This document shows positions 1 through 24,800 of a stretch of DNA of 64,000 nt, in pieces (position 1 is the stretch's first letter; every line of letters starts with the position of its first letter). The notes beneath the pieces were generated by a model. It saw only the letters and a program-made list of their open reading frames with translations. It searched no databases and had not been told where the DNA came from. Where the stretch lies: NCBI GenBank assembly GCA_973895155.1, contig OZ316895.1, positions 15,258,816 through 15,322,815 of the forward strand, read 5' to 3'. Made by a program: the position numbers and the translations under genes. The DNA is from Marsupella aquatica. Lineage: Eukaryota; Plantae; Marchantiophyta.

Positions 1-104
1 CCAGATGTTGGTTGATATGTACTTAATATGCCCAAGATACAGCTTGGTTGCCGGGTTGTCAGGGACCTTCTAGTTGTTGATAAGCCACAATCTGAATCTT
101 GCAG

Positions 105-1070
105 GAGAGTCTCCATCCTCGTCATCTGCATCAGACGTGGACAACCTCAACAATCATGCTCTCACCGGTGAGAAGGGTCTCGCTGCAAATACAGTGAAAG
201 GAGCTACTCCCTCGCCTATGCCAGGGTTTGTCAGTGGCAGTACTGAGATTGTACCGCAACGTCTACAAAGCAATTTTCATCGGACCATACGCAATGTGAG
301 TGCCCCCTCCGCCACTCGTTATGATGTCTCTCATTTGCTCTTGTATCATTGGCTTAACTCAGTAGTATGCTTGTCTGTCCGTTCCATGCACTCTGGCTGT
401 GTCGTTGGAGCTCTTTCCTAACTGTATAATACATTATTCAACATATAGTAGTCCAGTCCCAGTCCGATGCTTTGTTGAGGCAAGAGACAGAAAGTATAAG
501 GCGGCAAGATTTCAAAACTGTAACTAGTGCACTAAGGAATCCTCTGCAATGAAAGTAACCAACCAAACAATCTATTTGTACACATCTTGTTTTTTAGCCC
601 AAGAAGACTTTCGTATACACTCGGTGCTCATATGCACACAGGCTAGCCCAACTGTTCCAAGACGCACTTGGAGAGTCTTCTACTTGGAGTCAATCCTGGC
701 GTTGTATTACCTTTGGAATTGATATTTCAGTCTTTTATCATAGTTGTAGCTCGCACAGCAGCAGAACTAAGGTGTTTACTTTTAGTAATGCTTTTTAAAT
801 ATCTTGCTATGGTTATATAATTATGAAAGAATATATCATAACCGTTTCTATGTGGACCTCGTTCTGCAGGGAATGGATGTTGTTTCCATGATGGAGTCGT
901 GGACAAAAGCACAAAACGCCACTGCTGCCGCAGAGACAGCTTGTGCTGGGGTGCCTCGGCGACAAGAGGGAATGCTTGCAGTAAGAAGGGTTGCAGAGAT
1001 GGGTGTACTAGGGAACATGGAGGCAGTTGTGCGACAGGTCCGACTTGCCTTAGAAGCCATTGGTCATTAA
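105..1070 (+). CDS. 3' end (last two exons) of a CW-type zinc-finger protein (CWZF3/5/7-like C-terminal helical domain); 5' part lies outside the window
   Basis: Exons 105-295 (TGCAG|GA...AAT|GTGAG) and 870-1070 (CTGCAG|GGA...TAA) join in frame. GESPSSSSASDVDNLNN and the terminal ...EAVVRQVRLALEAIGH match the conserved C-terminus of plant CW-zinc-finger proteins (recalled motif). Confidence 0.75.
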
Positions 1071-3219
1071 AGCAGAAGATATTTGGCATCATTCCTCTTG
1101 CTAATAAAACCGGGGTCTGATGAAAACTATTATTGTCTCCAGGGTTACAACAGCCATTCATTTATGTGGAATTCCTGAAATTCCCGCTTGTATCATGTCT
1201 ACTCAATCAAAAAGTCAAATGATTTGTTTGCCAGAATGTGCTGCATTGATCTCTCCTAGCCCAACAAGATCATGATTTAATAAAGTGACTCAGTTAGTCA
1301 TCCTGTCTGAGAGACATGTTTCTCTCTCAGATCAGATTTTTCCAAACTTGCACTCCTGCAATTGTTCGTGCTGTGCAGCTTGCTTCTTTTGCTCTATCTA
1401 CCAATGAATTTTGTGATTTCTTATGTTGAGAAGTTAGTGTCCCAGTGAATTCAGAGGGCGTTGGAAGGTGCGGGCTTTTCACTTCAACTGTGCTGCAGGA
1501 CACGCACTTGAATTGTATGAATCTGTTCTGTTTTATTATCTGACTATTCCAAGGTGCTGGATGCTCGCCTCAAATGTGATGGGGGATGCCTTTCAAAGTT
1601 TTGTGAATTGGTCTGTTGTGTCGTTCGGGATTCCTCTTCAATTGGGATTCCTCTTCAATTAAGAAATGACGCCTGGATGGCATCTGAGGTTGGCAATGCC
1701 GGATGGACTTTGGGAACCCACATGGAATCCTAGTAAACATATTTGCTTTGGTAATATCCTTTACAATGTAACTTGACGTGAAAACAAAGTAGGAGATTGA
1801 GCAGGATTTCTTCTCAGATACTTAACCTCTCGAAAACCCACCATGGCTTGTTTCAAAGAGGATTGAATTAGCTTCTAGCAGCAAATTTCCTCTCTTGATT
1901 CAGATCAGATTTGAGCTAGTCATGAGCAAAAGGATGAAGCCATATTCCCCTCTATGAGTCCAGAAAATGTTTCCTTCGTGAGGAGAAGACTGGCCATATA
2001 CTCATTTATGGCCCAAAACCATAATTTATGTCATTTATTTGATTTCATCAATAGTCCTGGACAAGGTTGGATGCTATGGGGGCTTCATTTCCGTTGATCA
2101 TGGCGGGAGTGTTTTTTGTTGGATTAACTATTTTCGAAAAGTAGAGGTGACGTGGGAATACCTTTTGTTGGATTAGCTGTTTTGCAAAAAGAAGAGGTGC
2201 CTCATTGAAGTTAGCTAAACTACTATAGCTTGTTAGTTTAAAGCCCATGTGCCAATTTATTCAAAGTAAAGAAGCAGTGGAAACCAGCCCTTGACAAGAG
2301 GGACATGAACACCCAGCCAATTAAAATGGGGCAATCCAGGTGGGAGCCGCAGGACTCCCTGAAAGCACCTAGCAAGCCAAGTCATATGAAAGGATACTTA
2401 CTACAGCAAGCAGGAAAGGTGGTTTACTTGGGGCTTAAAAATACATAAACCCTGTAGTATGTAATCTTGTTTTTTCTTTCTCAAATCTGTTCTGTTTGCC
2501 CTTCCTAATTTTTCGCTTTTCAGGGCATTTATGGACAACAATGCAAATTCAAGATTTGTATCCACTCATTCTGAATAGCCCCCTCTACTTTTACTAACAA
2601 TAGTGAGAATGAAAATCTCTCAGGTATTCAAGTGCATTAAGGTCCTGTTATCATAGCATTATGAGCAATAATAGTACTCCAAAACTAAAAGTGAAACCTC
2701 TCTTTTGGGGGGCATTAGGGTGTCTCAAAGCTTAGAAATTCAGGATGATGGCTTTCAGCTATAACGGATTAGTCATAAATTTTTCAGAAAGTTATGTAAA
2801 AGGGGGTTTTTTTTTTCACTAGCCTTTACAATGACTAATGGTCATGGTATACAATCAATATTTATGGCAAAGAGTTTCAGTAACCTCTACATGACTAATG
2901 GTCATGGTCACGACAACATACAACCAATGGCAAAAACGTTATGGACTTTGAATTTGGTAATACTTAATTTATTGTGTCCGTAACCCCTACTAGGGAAGGA
3001 GTTATCCATCAAATTCTATTATATATTCCACAATGCAAACAGGACTTTAGTACTACTGTATACACCAAATGCATTGTGACTGGCGCAATGGTGACATTCT
3101 TTCCACCATGAGATGGAACTAAGGTGCCACTGTGCACGTGTTACACGCCCAACCGTCAATGACATCCAGCGACCGTCGACCACAGTTGACGGCCGTCGAC
3201 GGGGCAAACGAAGATGCTT

Positions 3220-3372
3220 TTACAGTACTGTACACTACATTACAGTAATCGAGTTGCACGGGTTCGATGAAGCTCGATTACTGTAAGAGCAACTCGATTA
3301 CTGTAATCTAGTGTAGTGTACTGTAACGATCGAGCTTTTCTTCGTGAGAGCTTTCAGAAGAAAAGCTCGATC
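3220..3372. other. Two adjacent inverted repeats (hairpins)
   Basis: Arm 3231-3257 is the reverse complement of 3289-3315 at 26/27 nt and extends with mismatches to 3220/3326. Arm 3328-3343 GATCGAGCTTTTCTTC pairs perfectly with 3357-3372. Confidence 0.85.
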
Positions 3373-3500
3373 CGGATGCCGTTACACTGTCACAGTACAC
3401 GGCGTAACGCAGGCAACCGACGCTCATCAGCTTTCATCGGCCGGCTTCACATCAGTCTCGTCGACTACTTCGTCCACGAAACAGGACGGTACTGTGGTGG

Positions 3501-3545
3501 AATTGCAATTGCAATTGCAATTGCATTGCATTACATTGCATTGCT
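3501..3545. repeat. (TTGCAA/TTGCA)n microsatellite
   Basis: aattgcaattgcaattgcaattgcattgcattacattgcattgc read directly. Confidence 0.85.
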
Positions 3546-3926
3546 CGCTGCCGCCCCGATTGCTCGATCGATTGCGTAATTGCGTCGTATCGTACTTTAT
3601 TTGACGTCAGATTGATCGACAGGTACGATACTCATCTCCTTCTACATGTTGTGTACGCTTTGTTTGCACGGGATGCGGCGATGACTCACAATAAATAGCG
3701 CAAGGAAACAAGGGAAAGGGCCGACGCGGGTACGTACGCAAGGTACTGTTTGTTGATTTTGATTTTGGTTTCCTGAAGTGGCAGTTTCGGGGGAATTGGT
3801 GGTGTAAGGATATTGCACATTGAAAGCGCCCCACGGGCTGCATGCTGCCCCACTCAGATGCCAGATTGCCAGCGGTGGCCACAATTATTATTCCGCCTGG
3901 CTTTTGAAGCATGACGGTACTGAAGG

Positions 3927-4002
3927 CGAAGCAGTTCATTTAGAGGAATTTCATGTTTACCAGACGAAGCAGTTCATTTAGAGGAATTTCATGTTTACCA
4001 GA
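3927..4002. repeat. Perfect 38-bp tandem duplication
   Basis: CGAAGCAGTTCATTTAGAGGAATTTCATGTTTACCAGA at 3927-3964 and 3965-4002. Confidence 0.9.
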
Positions 4003-5820
4003 ATGAAAGACGAAGCTCGCGGTGAACATTGCTGAATGCCGACTGAGATAGGTATCCGTTGCCTTTCGTAATCTTAATGACGGTATTGCGCTCCTCTGTT
4101 TGTTTGTTTGTTTGTTTATGCATGCATACAAGGCTGCTTTTATGTCGTTCTCGTGTCGTTGAGAGAGGACTGGTTACAAATTCAACGCGTGCATGGGCTA
4201 CCCTAACACGCGCTTGCTGATTGCTTTCCGGATTTTGGCAGCGATCCAATGACGGATTCGGCTTTACTTGCTGCTCGCTTGTAACATGCTGGCTTGCTGT
4301 GTCGTGAGAGTTCTTCCCTGCTCCTTTCTTGGAGCCGCAATTGAAATTCTTTATTGAGACTTCCACGCCTATGCGGCGGCACTTTTTGGATTTCGGTGCA
4401 ACTTTTACGTATGAAAACGATGAGGACGTCGCAGCATGACAAAATTGAATTTCATAAAGATTTGGACATCTTTTGTTCCACTATCACGTGCATACCAAGT
4501 GATTTCCTATCTATGCACGTAACAGCAAAAATCCCACGTTATGAAGAAATAATTATGAGCGACAAATAGATCAGCGGCCTCTTTGCAAAGAGTGGCATTG
4601 TCCAATACTTGGAGCTCCATATATAGCTCTTGCTCGATCGGCAGCCAATCTCTTCTACATCGGAATACTGCATGTTGCACAGGCCGTTGCTCACTGCAAA
4701 TCTCGCGATGAATTCAATGCTGCAGATGGATCTTGAATTGAATACTGTCGTCTCGATAGTAGACTCAGATTAGATTCACTTCCTGAGCTTTTCGCAAGAT
4801 GAGCATCTACGAATGCAGCGTTTAGAGCATCCTATGCAGTGTTACAGATAAATCAGACGATACACTTTACCAGCAGCAATCTGCTTGCTTCTGCAACAGA
4901 CCGAAATCTTTCCCGACACCCGAACATTCGGTAACTTCAAATGGAGGTATCAGAATGCATAAATTCTATCCTTTTGTTACAGTGATGCAGTCACGACGTT
5001 GATGATAGATTACTGGCACATAGGGCACACAAAAGATGATAAACAAATAATTTCATTAGACGAACATAGGTGCCGATTCCAGTTTTCTTATATCCATGGA
5101 AATATGTGTATGGGAAGGAGTACTTTTCATTCAAAACTTACAGAAATGTTTAAAGTTCGAGTTGAAGTGTCACATTGCAAACGGTCTTTGTATTCTATTT
5201 CTGTGCGACGAGGAAAATTCCCGGATTTTGTTTGTCTTTCTCAATGTCTACAGAAATACGAGGCTGGTAAAAATACTACGAAAGATTCCCCGGGTCTTGA
5301 CAGCGAAATTTTGATAGCCAGCGAGAGTCAGCACATCGCTGGCGGAGGTTCGGAGACGGACTATGAGGTTGGTGAATGGCGGCTGTCATTTCTATTTTCC
5401 TGTGCAGTGGAAACTCTCAGATATTGACGACGAAGACTACTTAGTCTCAGTCGTCATGAACTCAGAAGCGTTCCTGGTATGACAAGTATGAAAGAGAATA
5501 AAAGAAAGGAAGAGCATAAGACAAGAGGCATGACCTAACGAAAATAGCAAAATGAAACGAATGTAGCTGCTGCGGTTCTCAGACAGATTTTTGAGTCGCA
5601 GCAAATACCTTTCGCAGTAGACTTATCTTTTCATTTTGTATTGAGATTTTTCCCGGGGGAGGGGTGGGCGGGAATGAAACGCTTTCTTAACCACCGCCAT
5701 GGTTTAATTGAGAGTTTTAGCAAGCACGCGAGTGTCCTTTTCTCATCTTGCTGCTGACAGTACATTCTGGCTGAAAAGACGCATTCCGATCTGATATATT
5801 ATTGTGTAAACTTGCTCCAG

Positions 5821-18017
<12,197 letters not shown>

Positions 18018-19029
18018 AGCACTCCCTACCATGGGGAGTTTTGCAGCTAGCTCCTGGAGCTCCCGTTGGTGAAGTGGAAGCTGCTTCTGATATTGGGAAT
18101 TGTTTTCCAATTGTAAAGGATTGTAATTTCCAGGAAAAAACGATTGTTATACCTTCCTCTTTCCTCAGTGATCTCTATCTCTCCATAGTCCCAGTGAGGT
18201 GCAAAGCTTCTGATAAGTTCTTCTTTCCTCACTGATATCCTTCTCTCACTGATCCAAGTGAGGTGCAAGGCTTCTGATAATTGAGCACGCCCATAGTATA
18301 TAATTGAGGAACACGAGTTTGTTCGTGAAATCCAGTAATTCTTGGACGAAATTTGACGAAAGTTTTGCCTAATACTTCTAAGCTTGCACTCTTGTCATTC
18401 GTTCATTGCTGACATTAACACATAACACAGTCCACTCTTTGGCAGTTAATGTTAAATACATATCAGAGTGCCAAAGAACAAAACGTGGAACAAAAAGTGC
18501 CAATCCTACAGACAAGATCAGAGGCAGGAGACCCAATGAAGGGGAGGAAACAAAGGAAAACCTAGGATGACCAAACAGCCGAAAAGCTCGAGCTTCCTAC
18601 ACAGCGTTTAAAAGGAAGCAAAGGAACTCAAGCCCTACTCAACAGTAAACCAAAAAGTTTGGTAAACCATAGGGGTAAACCACAACATAGGAGTATCACA
18701 AAGAGGAATTTGTCTTGCGGTCCAAAACCAATAGCCTCTGTACTCTGCAAAATAGTGAATTTCTGAGCCCTCTGTATTGCACGAGACCCTGCCAAATGTT
18801 AAAGCCATCGATTTCCCTTTGGTCACCCTGCGACAAACATGTCCGCGGGTAATGATGGTCGCTTGTCGACAAATGTACCTTTCAGTACTCCATGACCAGG
18901 CTTAAACGGCCATTGGCCATATAAAAGCCAGAAACACCAAAGCCTACACACCTCATTCACTCGCTTCTGCCCATGGCACTCTACTACCAAGTATACCATC
19001 TGCCACGGTCCTGTCGTTAGGAACCTAAA

Positions 19030-19515
19030 GTAGTGGATCCAGGTTTTAGAGATTAGTTAGAAACCTGGTCGATAGAATCCAGGTTTTATATATGGACAGT
19101 GTCTCTGGTTTTAGAGATCGACAGTATCTCCAATCTTACAATTAGAAACCCGGTACATACTCAATTTAGGGATAAAAAGAGTCAAGTAATTAGATGTGGA
19201 TACTCATTTTAGAGATGGACAGTCATATAGTTAGAAACCTGGTGGATCCACATTTAGAGATGGACAGAGTCATATGGTTAGAAACTCCGTTTAGAGATGG
19301 ACAGTCATATAGTTACAAACCTGGTGGATCCACATTTAGAGATGGACAGTCATATGGTTAGAAACTCATTTTAGAGATGGACACAGTCATATGTTCGGAA
19401 AAACCTGGTGGATCCGCATTTTAGAGATGGACAGTCATATAGTTAGGAAAAACCTGGTGGATCCGCATTTTAGAGATGGACAGTCATATAGTTAGAAACC
19501 AGGTGGATCCAGGTT
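19030..19515. repeat. Minisatellite with core TTTAGAGATGGACAGTCATAT(A/G)GTTAGAAAC, units of ~34 and ~45-50 bp
   Basis: About seven well-conserved units at 19207-19515, preceded by degenerate copies from ~19030. Long units carry an extra CTGGTGGATCC(A/G)CA. Confidence 0.9.
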
Positions 19516-20762
19516 GAAAAGGTCTACAGTGGTAGCTGTTTTCTTTTATTCGTCGTTTGTAATTTTATGCAGAGTGGCAGTTTAAGATGATCCTCGTCTT
19601 TTTCAAGAGTAATTGTGACACCGCATTTTCGAATGACTCTCCAGCGGCCATCAGAATTTATCACTCCTGAATTAAGAGGCAATGCGGCTAAACATCTCCG
19701 AAACGTTGCAAAAAGGGTTGTTCATCACAAATTCCCTGACCCGGGTTTAAGAAAGAACCTGAGTAAGTCAGGCTAAGCGTTTACACATGTCAACTTACAG
19801 TCAGCGGGTTTAGGGTCGAATTGCTTTCAAATGAGGGATGAGGTTGAACGATTCTCACAATCTCTCGTCCCCGTGTCTACAACGCCTCACTGAGAACTGT
19901 TGAAGATCTGTCGCTCAGACGATATACACCAGTTGCCCTTCAACACAGCAGCTGCCACCGAGGCCTTGCACCACCACCAGACACTTGTCTCCCGGTCTGG
20001 AAGGTCCCAAGTGACAAGTCTCGAAATCTGTATCAGTTGGCTAAAACTACAAAAGCGCCTACATATGTGTACTGCACTGAGCTGTGGTTACAAAGACAAA
20101 AATTCGTAGACAAACCCTTCTGCCTTAGTAAGCTGGGCCCCAGCAAGTCATTCTAATAATTGACTCATGTGCTATAAAACTGAACAGCAATTCATTCGAA
20201 GGATCGACTCCTTTGCCGTAAAATTGAACAGGTACAAATGTTGAAAGTACTTATTAAAACAGATCACATGGTTGTAATGCACAGAGGGACCAGTAACGTA
20301 AGATCTCCCGGTGTGAAATATTCATCGCCATGTACTACAGGATGCTACTCATCTAGAGACAGTCCTGCTCCCCCACCAATTGAACGAGAGCTCAGAGAAC
20401 CCAGAGTCAGAACGAAAGAAACGCGGCAACTAGACACATCTGTAAGACATGCTCTACGACGGTGAAAGTTGAGTGCTGAGAGAAATCTCAATACCAATAG
20501 AACTGCAGAATACAGAGAACACAGAAAATTGATATGGATTGAGATTCAAAGAATCGCACAACGGTCTTGGATGCAAATTGCGGTCTCGTTACAATCACTA
20601 ACTCTGCTATGCACATGAAACTAACATTCATATGGAAATAATTTTACAGATTTCGATTCCAAGGACGACTTGCTATAAATTCCAATTCATCCCAATGGAA
20701 CAACGAGGGATCGCTAAAACTCTCAAATAGACATATCTCGAAGTAGCAGCAAGCCACAAAAT

Positions 20763-21887
20763 TCACTCCGCGGACGGGAAGGCATCTTTGACGGCAGATG
20801 CGGCACTCAAATAATTCAGCGTGTTTCTCAGAGTTTCTTTCTCCCTCTTGAGACGCTGCGCCGTGTCTTCCAACTCGAGCAGAGCCTGTTGCTCCACGGG
20901 AGCCCCCTCAAAAGTGCTGCCCACCCAAAACGAGAAAGGGGTGGGGAAAAGCTTCTTTCTCAAATCCTCAGGGGCCGCCTTCTCAGGCTTCCCATTCACG
21001 CGGTTCGAGAGCCGAATTACATCTTTCATATATGTCTCTACATCACTTGCAAGCGCTTCCACGTCTTCCTGCTCACCCGACGGCCGATCTTCCAGCCACT
21101 CCACTCGTGCCACCAGATACGGCTTCGTTCTCACTATGTCCATTACGCGAAACCTCTCCTGACCCTTGCAAATCATGAAAAACCGGTCATCCACAAGCCT
21201 TTCATGCTTCACCACCTCACCGACGCACCCGACTCCCGCCAGTCCGGTCGTTTTATCCGTGTATACCACTCCAAATCGAAGGTCCGTTTGTAGAAGAGTA
21301 TGCATCATGATACGGTACCGAAACTCAAAAATCTGCAGCGGTAGGATTGCGCCGGGGAAGAGAACCAATGGAAGGGGAAAAAGTGGGAGCTCGACGGAAC
21401 TCTCCACATCTTTCTCGCTGTTCGCAACAGTCTCGTCTGAGGCAGAGCATCTCAGAGAAGAAACGAAATTGGCGTTCTTCCTGTGCCTGCTCGTCGCCCG
21501 GAACTCCAAAGAGCCCAACGGAAAAGGGGCCGCCGATTCTATCCGACTAGCAAAACTGCTTCGCAGCCCCCCGCCAGATTCTTTCCACCCCCACCGTCCA
21601 CCAACGAGGTTGTTGTTATGACATAGAATCGCTGCTTCTACACTCGTACTACTGCTGTTTTTCTCGAGTGAGCCGCGTTTGAAAATCCGAGAATGTTGAT
21701 GACAACAGCCGCAAGAAAAAGAAAAGCTGTTTCCTGAACGATTCCGCCGCTGGCTACAGGTGGCAGAAGAATCGCTGGAGGAGGACGCAAAATGGGAGTT
21801 CAAAATTCTCTTGAGATCGCCCTGACTGGGCGTAGGCGTCGTGACAGAAGTAACCGGGGAATGCGAAAGCTGGCAAGATGCTACCAT
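20763..21887 (-). CDS. Plastid-targeted LON peptidase substrate-binding (LON N-terminal) domain protein, single coding exon
   Basis: The ORF contains ELPLFPLPLVLFPGAILPLQIFEFRYRIMMHTLLQTDLRFGV...GQERFRV...EQQALLELEDT, typical of stand-alone plant LON-N proteins. The long Ser/Arg-rich N-terminus resembles a transit peptide. First ATG is at 21887 (the ORF track starts at a TTG). Confidence 0.9.
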   Translation of the reverse strand: MVASCQLSHSPVTSVTTPTPSQGDLKRILNSHFASSSSDSSATCSQRRNRSGNSFSFSCGCCHQHSRIFKRGSLEKNSSSTSVEAAILCHNNNLVGGRWGWKESGGGLRSSFASRIESAAPFPLGSLEFRATSRHRKNANFVSSLRCSASDETVANSEKDVESSVELPLFPLPLVLFPGAILPLQIFEFRYRIMMHTLLQTDLRFGVVYTDKTTGLAGVGCVGEVVKHERLVDDRFFMICKGQERFRVMDIVRTKPYLVARVEWLEDRPSGEQEDVEALASDVETYMKDVIRLSNRVNGKPEKAAPEDLRKKLFPTPFSFWVGSTFEGAPVEQQALLELEDTAQRLKREKETLRNTLNYLSAASAVKDAFPSAE

Positions 21888-24800
21888 GATTTTGGTCACT
21901 CTCAAGGGCAAGATTCACCGGAGAAGTTGCCTACCGACCTACCCCGACACCACACAATCAATCAATCAATCGATCAACAAATGACTCCAACCTGCTACTG
22001 GATGATGAAGCTGCTGCTGATCACAATAACATTCCCGCGGGATTCAAAACAGATGAGCTTCCAGTTTCTCGCCGAGTCATTACCCTCGAAAATCTCGTCC
22101 GTGGAGTAGCAGCTCCTCTAAGGACTACAGTAGTAGACAATGATAGGTCCAAGAGGGCACACCACAGCCGTATTCAAAATACGAACTCTTCTGACCACCG
22201 TATCATCTAGTCAAGAACGCTCCAAAACCTAAAGCTATGCACTTCTTCGTGGAAAAGGAACATCCAGGACGCACCCCAGCCACGCAAGCTAGCATTCAAC
22301 AATGACTTGTCGACAGATCTCACATCGCCAGAGCGCTATCGGGGACTGTAGAATACGTGCCTGCCAGAGGAATAAATTTGTCGCAAGATTGCTGTCTAGA
22401 ATGACGGACGCAGATGAAATTGATGCACAAGGGCAGCTCTGAAGAGACACTACACCAATTCGAAGACCTCTTCTTATGCATCCGCCTGCGCCATAGCCGC
22501 GCGTTAAGTCGGACGGAAACGGTAGATAGGAAAAACGAGGAGCGAGCTGCCTGTACGAATTTCGGCGACAAGCATTCTGTATTGAAAATAGACACTCCCA
22601 GACTCCCGGTCCCGCTACGATCGAAATCCGCAGCAGAAGCTCCAATTCATTCACCCCGTCCCCCCCTTTTTTCAGTTCCTGCTCTCCTCTTCTACGCGTT
22701 TGACGGATTTCTCCGGCAGGGCAGCTCGGCCGGAGAACAAATGAATCAACAACAATCAGCCGAGTGAAAAACAGAGGAGAAGAAAACAGCTCCCGAGAGC
22801 AGACAAGCCAGCTTTACTCGTGTCTCATCAGCAATTCAAAAGTGGAGGGCCTATCAACAGTAGTAGAGTGGTACCGTCTACAGTACACCATCCACAATCG
22901 AGGAAGGGGCCCTTTTTTCATCTCCTTCTACTCCACTTCTCCTCCTCCTCCTCCACCTTCACCTCCTCTTCTTCTTTCCTTCTTTTTTTTCCTTCTTTCT
23001 TTTCCTTCTCGCTTCTTCGCTCCTTCGTTCGATGCGTCGCTACTCCGTCGAGGTTGAGTGACGTGAGCCACTAATCCTTCGGCCCTTCGATCGCCATCGC
23101 TCCATCGACGACCGAATTGCGCTCGACCATAATCTGCTGCTGCTGCTGCTTCGCTTTTCCACCACTGCCGATCAGAAGACGAAGAGCACTAGAGGAGGAT
23201 TGAAAGATTCATGATCGGCCACGGACGACGAAGGAAAGGGGTTTAAGTAAGGAATACGGTAGGACAGGAGTTTTGAATGAATCCGGCTCCGGGCGTCGTA
23301 ACCGTCGATTGGGAGGATCGACGCCCCAGAACAGCCGTCGGTAGGACTACGACGGTGGGACCGTAGCATGATCATACCCGTACAGAGAGTTACTGGACTG
23401 ACCGACGAAGGAAAGTAAGGAATACTGTAGGAAGGGAACCTTGAGGCGCGCATCCTGTGTCCAGCGTCAGCGACGTCGATGGGGGAGATCTACGTTCTAT
23501 AACAATCCTGTATGCTATTGAATACAGTACTGTACAGTGTTTCAGGACTACGCCTCTGGTACCGGTACTGAGTTACTGTACTGACCGAATGTAGAGGAGG
23601 ATTGTAACGGACCGACAAAGGGAAGGGGTTAGCTAGGAATACTTGTAGGGTAACCCATCCCCAAGAGGGGTAATGGGCGGTGTAAGTGTAGGGTAACCAC
23701 AGGTTAGTTAGGAATACTTGTAGGGTAACCCATCCGCGAGAGTTCCTGCCCTGGATTCTTCTGTTCTCCTGCCCGGTCCCCTGTCATTTTGCGATTTCCC
23801 TTGTAACCCTGTGTTTCTCCCGGCACCCAAACCAACATACAGACAGAGGTAAGCCCAGCTCCCCTGTCATTCTTGGTTTCTCCTTGCATACAGCTAAACA
23901 ACCAAACAGATGACACTATTATCCATCTAGAGCCCCTCGGAAATTTAATTAAGACATTGATAGAAATGGGTGGGAGATGAAAAGTAGCTCTAAAATCAGT
24001 ATGCATGACAAGGCCAGGGTGTAAATTAAACCTGATATAGCGAAGGATTAACCTATTTCAATCCAGTTTTGGGAAATGGCAACACATTTTATTGCAGAAT
24101 TTTGGTTTTTGGCTGAAGACTCCACCATGGTCTTAAATGTTCACAGGAATTAAGGTAGCTTAAAATTGTCAAGCTGGAGCAAAGGTTACATACTTTCAAC
24201 ATTTGACAGGATATTTGTGGGCTATATGACTTCAGACAAGGCGGATAGTGAAAACTACTTACATCTTGAATTGAGGTCTTTCAGGAATGAGTTCAAGTAT
24301 CACTCTATAAAATTATTTGGTGGCTCATGAAACAGAAAATCTTGCTGTTCCAAATTGCTGAGCATAAGCTATTCTGATTGTATAAGCTGTCTACCCAGAA
24401 AAGGAAATCATTTATATGGCAGAATATGAGGAAGCACTACGAGAAGACACTAAAACCTGAACTGGTTAGCGGCTAAGGCGGAATTGTGGAAGTGGCCTTC
24501 TTATAATGAAGAAACTCAGATTCCCAGCAAACTTCTTCATCCATTTTGGCATTCTTCTAATCCATCATGTTTATATGGCCTATTCATGTCTCGAAATGAG
24601 GGATTTTTTTAATCCTCTCCCTGTACATCTAGAGTGCAAAGAAAACTTTAGCAGTGTTACAATCGAAGGTGCGAGGTAGGAAGGTGGCACATCTGAGAGA
24701 AGTGTGATGACCACCAACAATAAATTGTAAGAAATTTTTGCAACTCAGGAATGGTTGTTCTTTGCTCAATGCCTAATAAGCCTTCATCGTCCTAATGATA

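Noticed and set aside
731-771. Extra exon in the CW zinc-finger gene (TTTCAG|TCT...AAG|GTGTTT)
   Set aside because: It is 41 nt and would shift the frame of the last exon; direct joining of 295 to 870 matches the family sequence.
4999-5427. 142-aa ORF as an independent gene
   Set aside because: It starts at TTG and is mostly intron-like. Only 5304-5367 looks like a CAPE exon, and the true CAPE start could not be fixed.
19030-19515. CRISPR-like array
   Set aside because: The intervening sequences are themselves repeated rather than unique spacers, there are no cas genes, and the context is eukaryotic.
20821-21621. Overlapping plus-strand ORFs
   Set aside because: Antisense to the LON-domain CDS, with no motifs of their own.
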